Source: Octopus sinensis
Lineage: Eukaryota
Direction: 5' to 3'
Assembly: GCF_006345805.1 (NCBI RefSeq)
Contig: NC_043015.1
Coordinates: 3,162,001 to 3,226,000, forward strand
DNA length: 64,000 nucleotides
Under the pieces are notes generated by a model. The model ran no database searches, was not told the origin of the DNA, and saw only the letters and a list, made by a program, of their open reading frames with translations. A program made the translations under genes and the position numbers. How positions within the stretch are numbered: position 1 is the first letter of the stretch; each line of letters opens with the position of its first letter. Shown here in pieces: positions 27,344 to 40,907 of this stretch.

Positions 27344-28674
27344 AAATACGTGAGTATAATATAGGTAGCCGAAGAGGTTTGTTGTTTACAAAATGTGCAT
27401 CTAGGTTTAGTTTACTCGAAAATACATTAGAGAAGAATTCTTTGCTTTGGAAATGTGCCGGTTATCATTAAAATTTCAACAAACATATGGAAGTGTGGAA
27501 GGGATTTTAAATTTGTCGTGGAGTTTTGTAGAGGGTCAGTAAATATATCAAAGATTTGAAACATTAATCAGTCATTTCTTACATTTACTTGCTCTTGCTG
27601 TTATTTCGGAAACATAAAGTGTTTCTTCACGGTGGGTAATGATCGAAGTCCAGTCGGGCATTTAAGACATTTAAGGGATATGAGCTTAAGATCAGAGTGC
27701 TTTCGTATATATATAATTCATTCTTTAGCACTTTGAGTTTGAGAAAAGGATATAAATAGATAGAAATTTCCGTTCGTCAGCAGATTTGTTGATTGAAGTA
27801 AACGTTACATGATTCTAATTGATTACTTAGAAATTGTAACATTTCTGTTTAGGGGTTGTGAATTCTGCGAGTCACGATTTTACAAATATTTCTTTAATCC
27901 AAGATTACACCCTCCATGGAGACATATGAATCATGTAATACACCACAGGGATTATATGTGAGTTATAAGTTCTCATGCTTCGGTAGATCAGTAAACCAGT
28001 GGAATTTTATAGTGTTTTGTGTATAATCTGGAATAATAAAACACCCCACGCAATTAATTACCCTATTATCTTGTAGCCTTCTTATAATCCACATACATAA
28101 AAACACACACACATACACACATGTGAATATAAATCCTACCAGTGCACAATGTCCGATTTTTGTGACGTAGGGACATCTTTCAGGAACTCAGTAAAGGCTA
28201 ATATAATATGGATTTTAAATTATAAATCGGCAATTTTTAACACTAAACGCAGGATTTCTTCGAAATAGATTTAATATTACATGCCACATATGTTTCAAGT
28301 AATTCTAAGAAATTAGTTTGTATGCAATTGAATTATAATGCAAATTGATTGAATGCCTCATTTACATTACCTTTTGTTCATTTAATAAATATATCCGACG
28401 AAATTTCGTATTTAGATGTCTCAGACAATTTGCATTTGTGTATTAAATGCAGATTCACTTAACAACATATTTGGGAAGTGATATCAAACATTTTGGGGGA
28501 TTTTTCGAATTTACATTTTACATGCTCTCTCAAAGGATATTGGTATTTGATTTAGGTATATTTTGCGTATAACTAAATTAAAGCCGCCTTCGAACTGGAG
28601 AATATCACTACGTTAATTAATTATCATAATCAATGGTTTTATAAAGGAATATACATGCATACGTCCATACATAA

Positions 28675-28733
<59 letters not shown>

Positions 28734-28764
28734 ATATATATGTATATAATTTTTGCTTACGTAA

Positions 28765-28896
<132 letters not shown>

Positions 28897-28968
28897 GTCA
28901 CTAACTGGACACGAACTCGGGATCTTGGAGTTAGTAGCCAGCGATCTTAACTACCACGCAATATACCC
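28897..28968 (-). pseudogene. Degenerate tRNA-like segment (probable SINE head)
   Basis: Minus strand GGGTATATTGCGTGGTAGTTAAG...CCGAGTTCGTGTCCAG has A- and B-box-like spacing over 72 nt, but the stems are broken. Confidence 0.4.
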
Positions 28969-29057
28969 GTGGATATATAGCATAATAATAATAATGATAA
29001 CAATAGCAACAACAACAACAACAGCAACAACAACAACAAGTACAATAATAATAATAT

Positions 29058-29540
29058 CGAAATACTTCAAACAAAGAACATGCCTCCTCATTGATATGAC
29101 TGTCCCAATCGGTATAAACGTATCTGTCAAAACCAAAAACTGAGCAAATATAATGATCTTGAAATAGAAATCAGCAAAATGTGGAACCTGAAGACTAAAA
29201 CAATACCTGTTGTCATAGGTGCACTGGAAATGATAGCAAAAGGGGCTGATCGCTACCTAACTCAGATACCAGTAAACGCCAAAATGGCTGATATTAAAAA
29301 GATATTGCTCATGGGAACTGCTCATATCCTACGCAAAATACTTCCTATGTAATCTCAAGTTTTAAAACAAACATATATATATTTTTTTTTACACATTCAC
29401 TAGTACAGCACTAAATACAAAACCAAATATATGGCACACTAGGCATAACAGCAACACGAACTTCCAACCTTTTGTCTCTGGAGGTCTCTTGGTGAGGCTT
29501 GGAGCCAACTTGTACAAATATAAAGCAAAAGTAAAACATA
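29058..29540 (+). mobile_element. 5'-truncated R4/Dong-type LINE: RLE endonuclease C-terminus plus 3' UTR
   Basis: CLLIDMTVP...KLSKYNDLEIEISKMWNLKTKTIPVVIGALEMI...MGTAHILRKILPM* (stop 29350-29352, one frameshift). (AAT)n on both sides. Confidence 0.9.
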
Positions 29541-29615
29541 GATTAATAATAATGATGATTAAAAAACATCGAAAAATACCTTAGGAATGAGAAATCATAT
29601 TCGAAATTTCTCCAA

Positions 29616-29660
29616 GATACCTGATGAAGGCCGGAGGGTATATTAGCCGAAAGTTGTGTT
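29616..29660 (+). ncRNA. Minimal type I hammerhead ribozyme-like motif (degenerate)
   Basis: GATAC-CTGATGA-A-GGCCG...TAGCC-GAAA-GTT-GTGTT: canonical core, stem II, and stem I (GAUAC/GUGUU with wobbles). The C after GAAA is missing. Confidence 0.6.
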
Positions 29661-30508
29661 AACAAGAAAGAGGACGACGATAAATATCCTACAAAGGTAA
29701 TGAATAAATGTTTAGGTATTTATGAATGAGGGTTTCTGTGTAGAGTGACAATCTCTGTCCGTCAGCTTATTTACCTCCGGGATCTATGCCTCTCTGTTTC
29801 TCTGTGTCCGTATATTTCTCTCTCTCTTTCTCTTTCTCTCTCTTTCTCTTACTCTCTCTCTCTCTCTCTCTGTATATATGTACATGTGTGTGCATATGTA
29901 TGAGTTTGTGTGTTTGTGCATCTGTGTATGTCTTCACATATACTTCTTTCGCTTTATTTTCAGTAACTGTTATCTATTCCTGACATCATTTTAATTATAT
30001 CTATAATTTGTTTCAAAGAATTAATGAAACTAGTAATTCGAAAATGATATTTCTTTATAGGTTCTTTATTCAGATATCCCAAGACGATATTTCAGTAAAT
30101 GAAAAAGACCTACTTAGATGTATGTATATTGGCGTGGAAGTAAGTGCATGTGCATCAGATTCATGGGAGAATATTACTTCTTTTTCATGGAGCTTATTGT
30201 ATTATCGCTGCTTTATAGAACCACATACTTAAAATAATATCTTTCAGAATCACGAAATGTTTTCAGTATAGCATACTATAAATGTTTGTCTGGAACATCA
30301 TCAGTCGACTGACTTCCATTTGCTATGCTTTCATCGAAGGAATCCCGAGACTCAAACAAGTGCGAGATATTTAACAAAATATTTAGATGCACCCCGTTCC
30401 TGTGTCAAGAAACTTGCTTTCCAACCAGGTGGTCCTTCTACAATACCATCGGCCCGATAGGAGCCTTGCGAGTGGATGTTTTAAAACTGATACTGAAAGG
30501 AGCCTTTC

Positions 30509-30551
<43 letters not shown>

Positions 30552-30618
30552 TATTTTTGCAACTCACGTGGTAATTTTTGAGGGATATACGATTTCGCCT
30601 GTCTGTATATAAATGTAG

Positions 30619-30674
30619 GGATGCTGGTAGACCATCATATCGTTCGGTATCGCCTGATCGAGCCGGTATGGCGG
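30619..30674 (+). CDS. Candidate 56 nt exon, DAGRPSYRSVSPDRAGMA, product unknown
   Basis: CpG/GC-rich island in AT-rich DNA, donor GCGG|GTAAGT, weak acceptor AATGTAG|. Phase 2 to 1, compatible with the next candidate. Confidence 0.35.
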
Positions 30675-30872
30675 GTAAGTCTTTTTTCCCCTAGCATTTC
30701 TATATTCATAGGAAATATTATATTGACAAGGAAATGAACCTCTGGTTCTAATCCAGAAACGGAATTTCGTCTATAATTAATCCAAACCTGACTGTGATTT
30801 CGTTATTTTCTTTCTCTTTGCCATATACGGGTTGCAAATCCTGATTGTTTGTGGAGACTTTTTTACTAGTAG

Positions 30873-30914
30873 GAGAAATGGTAACCTATTTGGCTGCCAT
30901 TTCTAATACTTTCG
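30873..30914 (+). CDS. Candidate 42 nt exon, (G)EMVTYLAAISNTF(G), product unknown
   Basis: Acceptor TTTTTTACTAGTAG| (tandem NAGNAG), donor TTCG|GTATGT. Open in phase 1, in frame with 30619-30674. Confidence 0.35.
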
Positions 30915-30952
30915 GTATGTGGTTTTGAGCAACTTGCTGCGATTAACCCTTT

Positions 30953-31015
<63 letters not shown>

Positions 31016-31313
31016 TATATATATATATACAGACACACACATATATATATATATACTGTTGTTTGATATTATTCTAAATTGTCCTATGTCCAGATATGTC
31101 CCAAAGCGTTTTTTTCAATATTTATCGTTGTCTACAATAACCGGTTCTTTTGGTGAAACTATTGTATCACAGCTGCTTCTAACTCAATATACCAAAAACT
31201 GTCAAAGTGTACTACAACGGTTGTGCTATAGAATCGTGAGAATATTTTTTGTCTTCTGAAAAAGCAACCTGTTAAATTAACGACACTATTGATTAATAGC
31301 AACGATATATATA

Positions 31314-31371
<58 letters not shown>

Positions 31372-31479
31372 TTATATATACATATACATATATACATGTA
31401 CGTGTGTGTGTTTCGTGTGCCTGATGTATGTCTGTGGATGTGTGTGTGTGTGTGTTTGCATTTATTGATGTGTCTCTTT

Positions 31480-31670
31480 TTGTAAAACATCACCGCTTGA
31501 TAATAGGTGCTGGTGTGTTTTTATCCTTGTAATTAGTTTTTTATGCAAACGAGAACTTGGTAAGTACTCGGCTTAAAAAGTAAGTCCTGGGTCGATTCTT
31601 TGGCGACAAAACACCTTCAATGATGTGCCACATTATGTCTGCTGTCAGATAACTGAAACAAGTTAACATG
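31480..31670 (+). mobile_element. Old SINE family A, 3' part
   Basis: GCTGGTGTGTTT...AAGTACT..GGCTT...AAGTCCTGGGTCGATT...ACTGAAACAAGT aligns loosely to the family A tail. Confidence 0.6.
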
Positions 31671-32351
31671 ACAACAGATAATTAAGTATTCCTTACACAA
31701 GATTTCTAATTGCCTTAACAGTCTCACGCGTTGCGTTTCCTTTTGTTAGAAAGTCAATACTATTTAATGATAGGGTAATTACTCAAGTACATAGTATCGT
31801 TTTCACATCCTCGCGATATTCACATCTTTCACACGAATCTTTCACATTCATGATAGGAATGTACTACATACATACACAAAGCACTGAGACACAGTAAAAG
31901 ATCCACAGTTGCTTCAAAGATAACGATTCAAATTTGGATCATTGCCACGCTAAAAGGAAATAGAACGATCAAGAGAGAAAGGGCAGAAGAGAATGGAGTG
32001 AAAATGATATCAGAACTGCAAAGAGATAGCTTTCTCAAAATCGAAGAATAAAGCATTTTGTTTCAGCCGTAACAAACATAGCTCTGCTACAGTCTGCACA
32101 TTGTCATACGCTCATATTTGTTAGAGTCTTCAACATTTACATGTTCTTTCTAAAATATCAGGCGATTATTTATCGCTTACCCTCTCCCCATCACTCCATT
32201 CCCCTCAGTACACACATACACACACAGACATATTCCCACATATGCACACGCAATACATATAACATGCCGGCGTAAAATATTTTTTATTAATATATATATA
32301 TATTATATATATATATATATAATATATATATATATATTTGTATAGATATAC

Positions 32352-32396
<45 letters not shown>

Positions 32397-32487
32397 TTAT
32401 GTATGTAAACATATGCATATATGTAGATATTATGTATATACATATGTATGTATATGTATATATATGGATATATATATATACACACAA

Positions 32488-32581
<94 letters not shown>

Positions 32582-32582
32582 T

Positions 32583-32623
<41 letters not shown>

Positions 32624-34652
32624 CGTGTCTGATATGAACACAACATCTAAGAGGAGTTGAGAAAAAGTAGAGTGAAAATAATGTATATATTTATGAAACC
32701 TAGAAACATCGTAATGGTTTGTTTGAAAGGAAAAACATGTTAGAATAGAATATAAATTATATACAAAGTAAAATCTTATCAAAGCTATTTCATGAGCTAC
32801 TGTTATTTTTTTCTCTTTTTTTGTAATTTTCGTTTGTTTGCTTTTTGCAAATTCCTCTGACAGAAGCATTTCACCTAATTTTATTTGGGAATAGTAAATG
32901 TATGCTGCATCAGATTTATTTTTGTATATATGTTTTACCCAGGATTGCTTTCACATATATTTTTTTCTTAAAATATCATGCGGCCAACAGGAATTAAATT
33001 CAAAAATATAGGGAAATATGGCAATTATTTCATTCTTGTATCTGACGTACACATACTATATTGGCAAACTATCACAAAGAGGTACGATACTTTGAATGTT
33101 TTGCATGATCTGATTAAAGTGGGTTGAAACTGACTCAATTACGTTGCGCAAAATAACTTACTAAGCTTTTCGTACTACATAAAGCATCTAAATTGAATGG
33201 AAATTTATATCATGAGTTGTCACCGTTCTCGTTGCACAATTTCCATGAAGTCTTTTACAAATTCCGCAGCGAATATAACTCAAGGTATAGTACAGGCTGA
33301 AGAAGGAATCTTGAGAAAATTACACTTAAGAAAATTAAATGACATAGCTTGCTGTATTATCGAAAGATTAAATGAAAACTGGACTGTTATAATAAAAGCA
33401 AATACTGTACAGCTGCTGGTTAAAACCAATTCCATCATCGGACTGAGCTGTAACAAAAGTAACTATTTCCATTGCACTTCCACGTTAGTTACATCCTAGT
33501 CTTTTCCAAATTTTAGAATCATGTCCTATATGAATATTTGTGCGTCTGCTTGTGTGTACGTGCCTATTGTGTGTATGCCTTTATGTATCTATCACAGTAG
33601 AATCTATTGTATTTATGTATGTATCACAATAGAAACTAAATTCTCTCAACGAATTTACCTGAAGGAATTCGCGTAACACATTCCAATATTCCAGCATCTA
33701 CATTTTCCAACTTATGCATTTTCTGCTACCTGTTACGAAACTTAAGCGTATTGAAACTTATACGAAATTATCTACAAACGTGCAAAGGTGCTTGAATATT
33801 GCCTAAAGTAATTTGAATATAGATCAACGAATAAAAATTGTCGGATTGGTGTTAAATTAGCAGCCAAAAAAGAAAACAATTATGTCTAGATTCAAGAAAC
33901 TTAGAATCCGATTTCTGTTTAAGGTACGTAGAATCATTTCTTCTAAATTATCTTAGCAACACAAGCTTCAAGATTTGGGTCATCCTAAACAACAAGTACA
34001 TTTTCTCAGTCATATATTTCAGACTACTAGAGGGTAGAACAGAGAGTGCATCTTCAGATCTTGTTTTCACACATTAGTAGCCGCCCATGCACGCATTTAA
34101 AACAATTACATTTCTTATATCCTGTAGATTGTTTTCTTTCATTTTCCCCGGGGGAAATGTTCCACACAATTACATTAATTCGCAAAACTCTACAAAGGGT
34201 ATTCACAGTTGTTATACGCATCAAGAAATATGTATACTTTACACATACATGTACCTACCTACACACACACACACACACACACACACATACGTCCCCACAG
34301 ATCTAGATACATATATACATACAAACATAAGTAGACACATACATACATATATGTGTGTGTGTCTGTGTCCGTGTCTGTGTGTATCACACAAACAAATATT
34401 TATATTCATAAAGCCTATACACATGAGATCATAGACATACGCGTCACTGTACGATTGTCTGTATCTGTGAACTTTTACAAATAGCCTCAGAAGAATGTGT
34501 AAACAGAATAATGGCACTAATGAATATTACACGTATGTATATAGATATACATATATACCTCACGCTTATGTATATGCATGTGTATGCGTATACATGTGTA
34601 TTAATATATGTGTATGTGTGTGTGTACATACACTAACACCTACATATGTAAG

Positions 34653-34696
<44 letters not shown>

Positions 34697-34735
34697 TTAT
34701 GTGTATACATATATATATTTGGAAATATAAATATA

Positions 34736-34779
<44 letters not shown>

Positions 34780-35125
34780 GGGGTATGTGTGTGTGTGTGT
34801 GTATGTGTGTGCGTCTCTCTCTCTCTCTCTCTCTCTCAAAAGCACTCAATTTCATTAGTGGAAAATGCAGACAGAAAAATGCGTTTATCTTAGAAACAAA
34901 AGTAATTAGATATAATGTTTTTACATGATTTCAATTGTTGATCGTGACAGAAGATATTGCATTCTATATTATTTATCTGATTGTGATTATTTAACTCAAT
35001 CTCAAAACGTATTCTTATTGTAAGCTTAATCTGTCACTGTATATCTATATCGCGCGTGCACATACGGTTATTTGGCTGAATATGATGATACTATCTCTAA
35101 TCTTCAAGTTAGGCTTTATGATGCA

Positions 35126-35279
<154 letters not shown>

Positions 35280-35539
35280 ATGCTAGTCATAATATCGGAG
35301 GCAGAATGGGGTATCCACTAGTTCGACTTTGGCAAGAACCATTCTTTTTAATAAAGAGATCGACCAATTGTCTCAGACTGCTATTGTGTACAAATGCTAC
35401 GCAAATTATTACTTTATGTTAGAAACAAATCTGTATTCGCTGTGCATTAAGAGATGGCTTCATTAAATACGGGTTCGATAATTATGATTTGCTAACTTTT
35501 CTGATCACACGTATGTGTTTAAATATATTTCTGCATACG

Positions 35540-35583
<44 letters not shown>

Positions 35584-35590
<7 letters not shown>

Positions 35591-35726
35591 TTAGAGACAA
35601 AACCACTATTTTGCAAAACAAACAAGGAAAGACTTAATCAATACATAAAATTTTAATAAATTTTATGTATTGATTAAGTCTTTCCTTGTTTGTTTTGCAA
35701 AATAGTGTTTTGTCTCTAATAATATT
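35584..35726. repeat. Near-perfect palindrome, 70/69 bp arms with a 4 nt loop
   Basis: 35584-35653 is the reverse complement of 35658-35726 except for a one-base indel. Abuts (TA)n at 35542-35583. Confidence 0.95.
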
Positions 35727-36236
35727 TTATAATATTTTACTAAAATTGGATTTAATCCTAAATCTGATTTTTTCCCTGTAAATTTGGATTTATTCCCTAA
35801 TATTTATTATTTATATATATATATATATATATACATACATATTCTGATATAGGATCTATAATTTATTCTGTTGTCTGTAGATATAAGTAGCGAGCAATTT
35901 ATTTAGGCCGAAATGTATTAAAGATTAAATTTCGGATTGATAAATTCTGTATATAAAGTATGGAAGTCTTGATGTCGTATAAAATCAGTAAATTAAATTA
36001 TCGCTGAATTTCGACTTGGGTTTAACATCGGGAATTCGAAATAGCCCGTTAATTGTCGGTTAATAATCCAAGCTGATCAGTTAAATTAACGGTTGTACAC
36101 TTCGTAGAAATTAAAATTAAAAGCACCCTTCATATTACAACGCAGTACATTAAAATGTTTGACATCACGAAATATATTAGATTATGTTATTGCATAAAAT
36201 CGGCATTATATAATGTTGTGGACTGAGATTGGGAGA

Positions 36237-36272
<36 letters not shown>

Positions 36273-36557
36273 TCAGATACAAACATATACATATATATAT
36301 TGATAAAAGTAAAAAATTGTGAAGCATGATTGTCACCACTACTACATGAACCTTAAGATTGCATAATGTAATGCATGAAAGGACTAGTTCAATCAGAATG
36401 AACATTTAACATTCTATTATTTTATTTTATTTTATTATATTATATTATCTTATATTATATCATTATAAGATTGTAAATAAAACGTGAAAATCAGACATGG
36501 TCGGAATCCCTTTAATTAATATATTCTTCTATACACAATCACGCACACCGGTATATG

Positions 36558-36611
<54 letters not shown>

Positions 36612-37073
36612 TATATATATATAATATATATATATCTATATATATATATACATACATACATGTATACATACATATATACAATAATCCAGTCAATTTGAGT
36701 ATGTCTTATACTCATAAGTGATTAGTAAATCTACTATTTCACTGGTTTAATCCGCAACTCATTCGGAGTAACTTTCGACGAAATATATAGAGTTATCGTA
36801 TGTATTATTCGATAAAATTTGAGAAAATGGAGACTACGTAAATATGTAAATGAGTTTATTCACATAGTCCCAAGGTAAAAACTGAATACAAATATATTCA
36901 AAAGTTTCTTACACTTCGATTGCAGCCTATAAACAATGGCATAATGTAAATAATTTTATTAAATCCTATAATGGGATATAGGTTAGGATATCTTCAGAGA
37001 TATTTTCTATCAAAAAAATGTGGTTAAAAGCTTATGAAAGGGACAAAGTTAATACACTAGGGAAGAAAGGAAA

Positions 37074-37220
37074 TATTTATCTTATATATGGAATTCATTC
37101 ATATGCCACGAATGTCATAGAAATAAACAAAATAATACAAAAGTTTAAAAATAAAAATTAAGATTCAAATAATTAAAAATCATGATGTAAAGATGTGCCT
37201 GTATCTTTACATACGTACGA

Positions 37221-37265
<45 letters not shown>

Positions 37266-37292
37266 TATACACATATTCGTACGTATGTAAAG

Positions 37293-37356
<64 letters not shown>

Positions 37357-37526
37357 ATAATATATATATATATACATATTCGTACGTATGTAAAGATACA
37401 TGCATATCTTTACATCTTAATTTTTAATTATTTGAATCTTAATTTTTATTTTTAAACTTTTGTATTATTTTGTCTATTTGTATGATAGTCGTAGCATATG
37501 AATGCCTTCCATATATAAGATAAATA
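37074..37526. repeat. Fold-back inverted repeat, ~155 bp arms around (TA)n, with a nested inner arm copy
   Basis: TATTTATCTTATATATGGAA... versus ...TTCCATATATAAGATAAATA, about 92% by eye. Extra inner arm at 37263-37293. Confidence 0.95.
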
Positions 37527-38487
37527 CAACAATATCTGTTTCAACACACGACTTCACATAAAAAATCTTGCACAACAAATATTTAAACGTATATATATAT
37601 ACGGTGTTACTCTACACACTCTAATAAAGTAAAGAAATAAAACTAAAGTGATTGTAATCCTTAGTTTATAATTTCAAGTTAATCAATGTCATAAAATAGT
37701 CCTGAGTTATTCTATTTTGTTTTATATAAGTGAAGTAGATAATGAAAGCAATTGCTCAGTACGTGACTTTGTGATACATAGATTACCTATATTACGTCAT
37801 TGAGCTATTTTTACCTAATCTACTATAAAATCTATATTGTGGAGAATTAAATAAAATATGAATGATGTTATTTGAATATTTAGAGAAATACAATTCTAAT
37901 TATATTAGGATTTTAGTTATACTAATTTACTTCATAATAGATTCAGCATAACGGTAATGCATCGTAACTTAATTAATTAGTTATTAAATTACATTTCTAT
38001 TTATGTTGTAATCCAACATTATAATCACGTATCTACTAGATATATCCTATGAGATTTCGGATAATCTATACCTAACGTTTTATTAAATAAGGTAAATAAG
38101 TTAATAAATATATAGGTATTTATATATTTACCAATATATCTAAAGAATAAGGCCTGGTACCATATGTGTGCGTATGTGATGCTGTCTCTGTGTGCGTTTA
38201 TTTAGGAAAAAATTATAAAGTATATATTGATATTTTATAAGTAATATCTACTACATTTACTGATGTCACGTAATTTTTTTTTTTAAATAATATTAATGCT
38301 TTACTGATTACCTGTATCCCATTCTGCAACAACACCATTTTTGAGCTGAATGTAAACCAAAAAAATATCAAATAGATATACTTATATCTAATGAATACTG
38401 TCATTGTATGCATTTTTTCTAATCACATAGGTATTTACTACATCTACTCATGCCTCATGATATTTACTATATTTACCGAAACTATAT

Positions 38488-38515
38488 TAACCCTAACCCT
38501 AACCCTAACCCTAAC
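38488..38515. repeat. Interstitial (TAACCC)n telomere-type repeat, about 4.7 units
   Basis: TAACCCTAACCCTAACCCTAACCCTAAC. Confidence 0.95.
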
Positions 38516-38976
38516 TATCCCGCAAGCACAGGGGAAATTCCATAAGATGTAGTGCCCTGGATATCTACCATTCTGGTATTTATGTCAAGGCATTACTGAC
38601 ATGTAATGTACATTCATGCTAGACATGCTTATTGAATTTATTATCTTAGTATAAGATGGATATAAACATTTATATGACAGCAGCATTAAATTATATGCGT
38701 AGAAAAGAATTTTCATGAGTGTTAAATAGAAAGTTTTCAATTTTAGCTTACATTTATAGTGAACTTCATATCGTCACTTTAATCCTTGCTGTTTACTCAT
38801 CGCAGGAATTGAAAAAGAAAATCAACGTAAAAATCGCAAAATGTGCGAAATAGATAAGATTTAAGCAATGATATATTGCAGCAGAACATCTGCAGAAGGT
38901 TTAATGATTGCTATCTTTATACGGAGTTAAACAGAAAACATTGATAAGAGGGAGAAAACAATAGTGCACTTGTATA

Positions 38977-39135
38977 CAAAAATCCCTCGACTATTACGGG
39001 TGTTACGTTGCACCCCAACCCGCGATACGTGTGAAAATCCGTTGAAACAATGATGTACGCTATATATTTTTAATTTTTTTAATAACTTCTGTATATTTAT
39101 TTTATTAGAAATGTAAAACAACATTACGGAGGGAT
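38977..39135. mobile_element. Partial Tigger/pogo-like MITE
   Basis: AATCCCTCGACTATTACGGGTGTTACGTT matches the left end of 4776-5010. Confidence 0.6.
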
Positions 39136-39164
39136 CGACGTTAGCTAAAATTTTCTTTTCTACT

Positions 39165-39285
39165 CAAGACACAAAACCCGCAAGTTTTGTGGAGGGGGTT
39201 ATTCAATTAGATTGATGAAATGATGAAAAGCAAAGTCGACGTCGGCGGAATTTGAATACAGAACGTAAAGACATACCAAATGCCG
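39165..39285 (-). mobile_element. SINE family B fragment, followed by (CTT)n at 39291-39385
   Basis: GATGAAAAGCAAAGTCGACGTCGGCGGAATTTGAA core. Confidence 0.75.
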
Positions 39286-39811
39286 TTCTGTCTCTTCTTC
39301 TTCTTCTTCTTCGTCTTCTTCTTCGTCTTCTTCTTCTTGTTCTTCTTCTTCTTCTTCTTCTTCTTTGTCTTCTTCTTCTTCTTCGTGTTCCTCATTGTTT
39401 TTCTTTTATATCATTTTCTAAAAAAATATTGATTAATCTAATTATATTCTTACCAAGAAGATATTATTTCACTGTTGGTCTAGTTGTTTTACATATCTTG
39501 AACATTCTAATGTGATACTAAAGGCAGTCAACTTTTTGCTGTTGTCTAGAATACAGTTAGTAAAATCTGCTTTCCCCCTCTTCTAAGTGCAAAGTACCTG
39601 CCATTATGTGAGTCTGAATTCGTCATGTACCTTCTATATCTATCGGTGTGTGTAATTTGTGAGATCCAGCTTCATATCTAGAAGTTAATGTTTATGGAAT
39701 TAATATACTGCAGCTACGCAAACCTTAATCTAATACATGATAAAGGTATCGATTTTCTTAGAAGTTTGAAAGCTCATATCCCAAAGGACGGTTGTATTTC
39801 TGTAGCGAGAA

Positions 39812-40204
39812 AGAAAAGGAAGGAAGCACTCCGTCGGTTACGACGACGAGGGTTCCGGTTTATCCGAATCAACGGAACAGCCTGCTCGTGAAATTAACGT
39901 GTAAGTGGCTGAGCACTCCACAGACACGTTTACCCTTAACGTAGTTCTCGGGGATATTCAGCGTGACACAGAGAGTGACAAGGCCGGTCCTTTTGAAATA
40001 CATGTACAACAGAAACAGGAAGTAAGAGTGAGAGAAAGTTGTGGTGAAAGAGTACAGCAGGGATCACCACCGTCCCCTGCCGGAGCCTCGTGGAGCTTTA
40101 GGTGTTTTCGCTCAATAAACACTCACAACGCCCGCTCTGGGAATCGAAACCGTGATCCTATGACCGCGAGTCTGCTGCCCTAACCACTGGGCCATTGCGC
40201 CTCC
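39812..40204 (-). mobile_element. SINE family C, 3' variant 2, full length with 13 bp TSD
   Basis: Highly similar to 26957-27343. TSD TCTGTAGCGAGAA at 39799-39811 and 40205-40217. Confidence 0.95.
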
Positions 40205-40907
40205 TCTGTAGCGAGAATTCTATATTTGAATGACGATGGCAATATTTTGTATCTTATTCGTCCCTAAAACAGATCCCGAATTTCTTGTGCAGATTATTCT
40301 TGTATTCTTAGGAAATATTAAGGTTCGGCTATTTTCTACGACACAGGAATAATGTGATCATTAGATCCTTTTTACATACATAATATGCTAGATAGGAAAC
40401 GTGTTTTAAATTTCAGATGTAGCTAATAACAATCGCTCCGGCTGAATGATGTAGTGTTAGTCTAAGAAAATATATGTTATGAATAGGTTCCCCAAATATT
40501 TTGTGAGGTTTGAGGCCCAACCCCTGCCAAGATATCCATCCACAAGCTTTCATTTTCTGCTGACGATTTAGTCACTTCATATTACCTATGATTTTTTATG
40601 ATCCTTTGCATTTGGTGTATGTACCAGTCTCCTAAATCTTACTGCATATCCATATCTGCAATCGAGCGTTATATCTTATGCTTTGCATTCGCTAGTATAT
40701 TTCTACCGTTATTCCAGGTCTTTTGATGTAGTCTAATTTGAAATTGACGATTGTAAAGCTACATGATTAAACAGATTGTAATTCATAAAATAACTTTTAG
40801 ATTTTCATTCGACCTTCTGGTAATATCTGCACTCTGATATACGCTCAGGAACTTAAGACAATTCACATTATACCAAAGAAAATATGGACAAAGTATATAT
40901 ATATATA

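Noticed and set aside
33197-33499. 100 aa ORF as a stand-alone gene
   Set aside because: No recognisable motif or expression signals. Only the 15 nt internal segment is kept, as a weak exon candidate.
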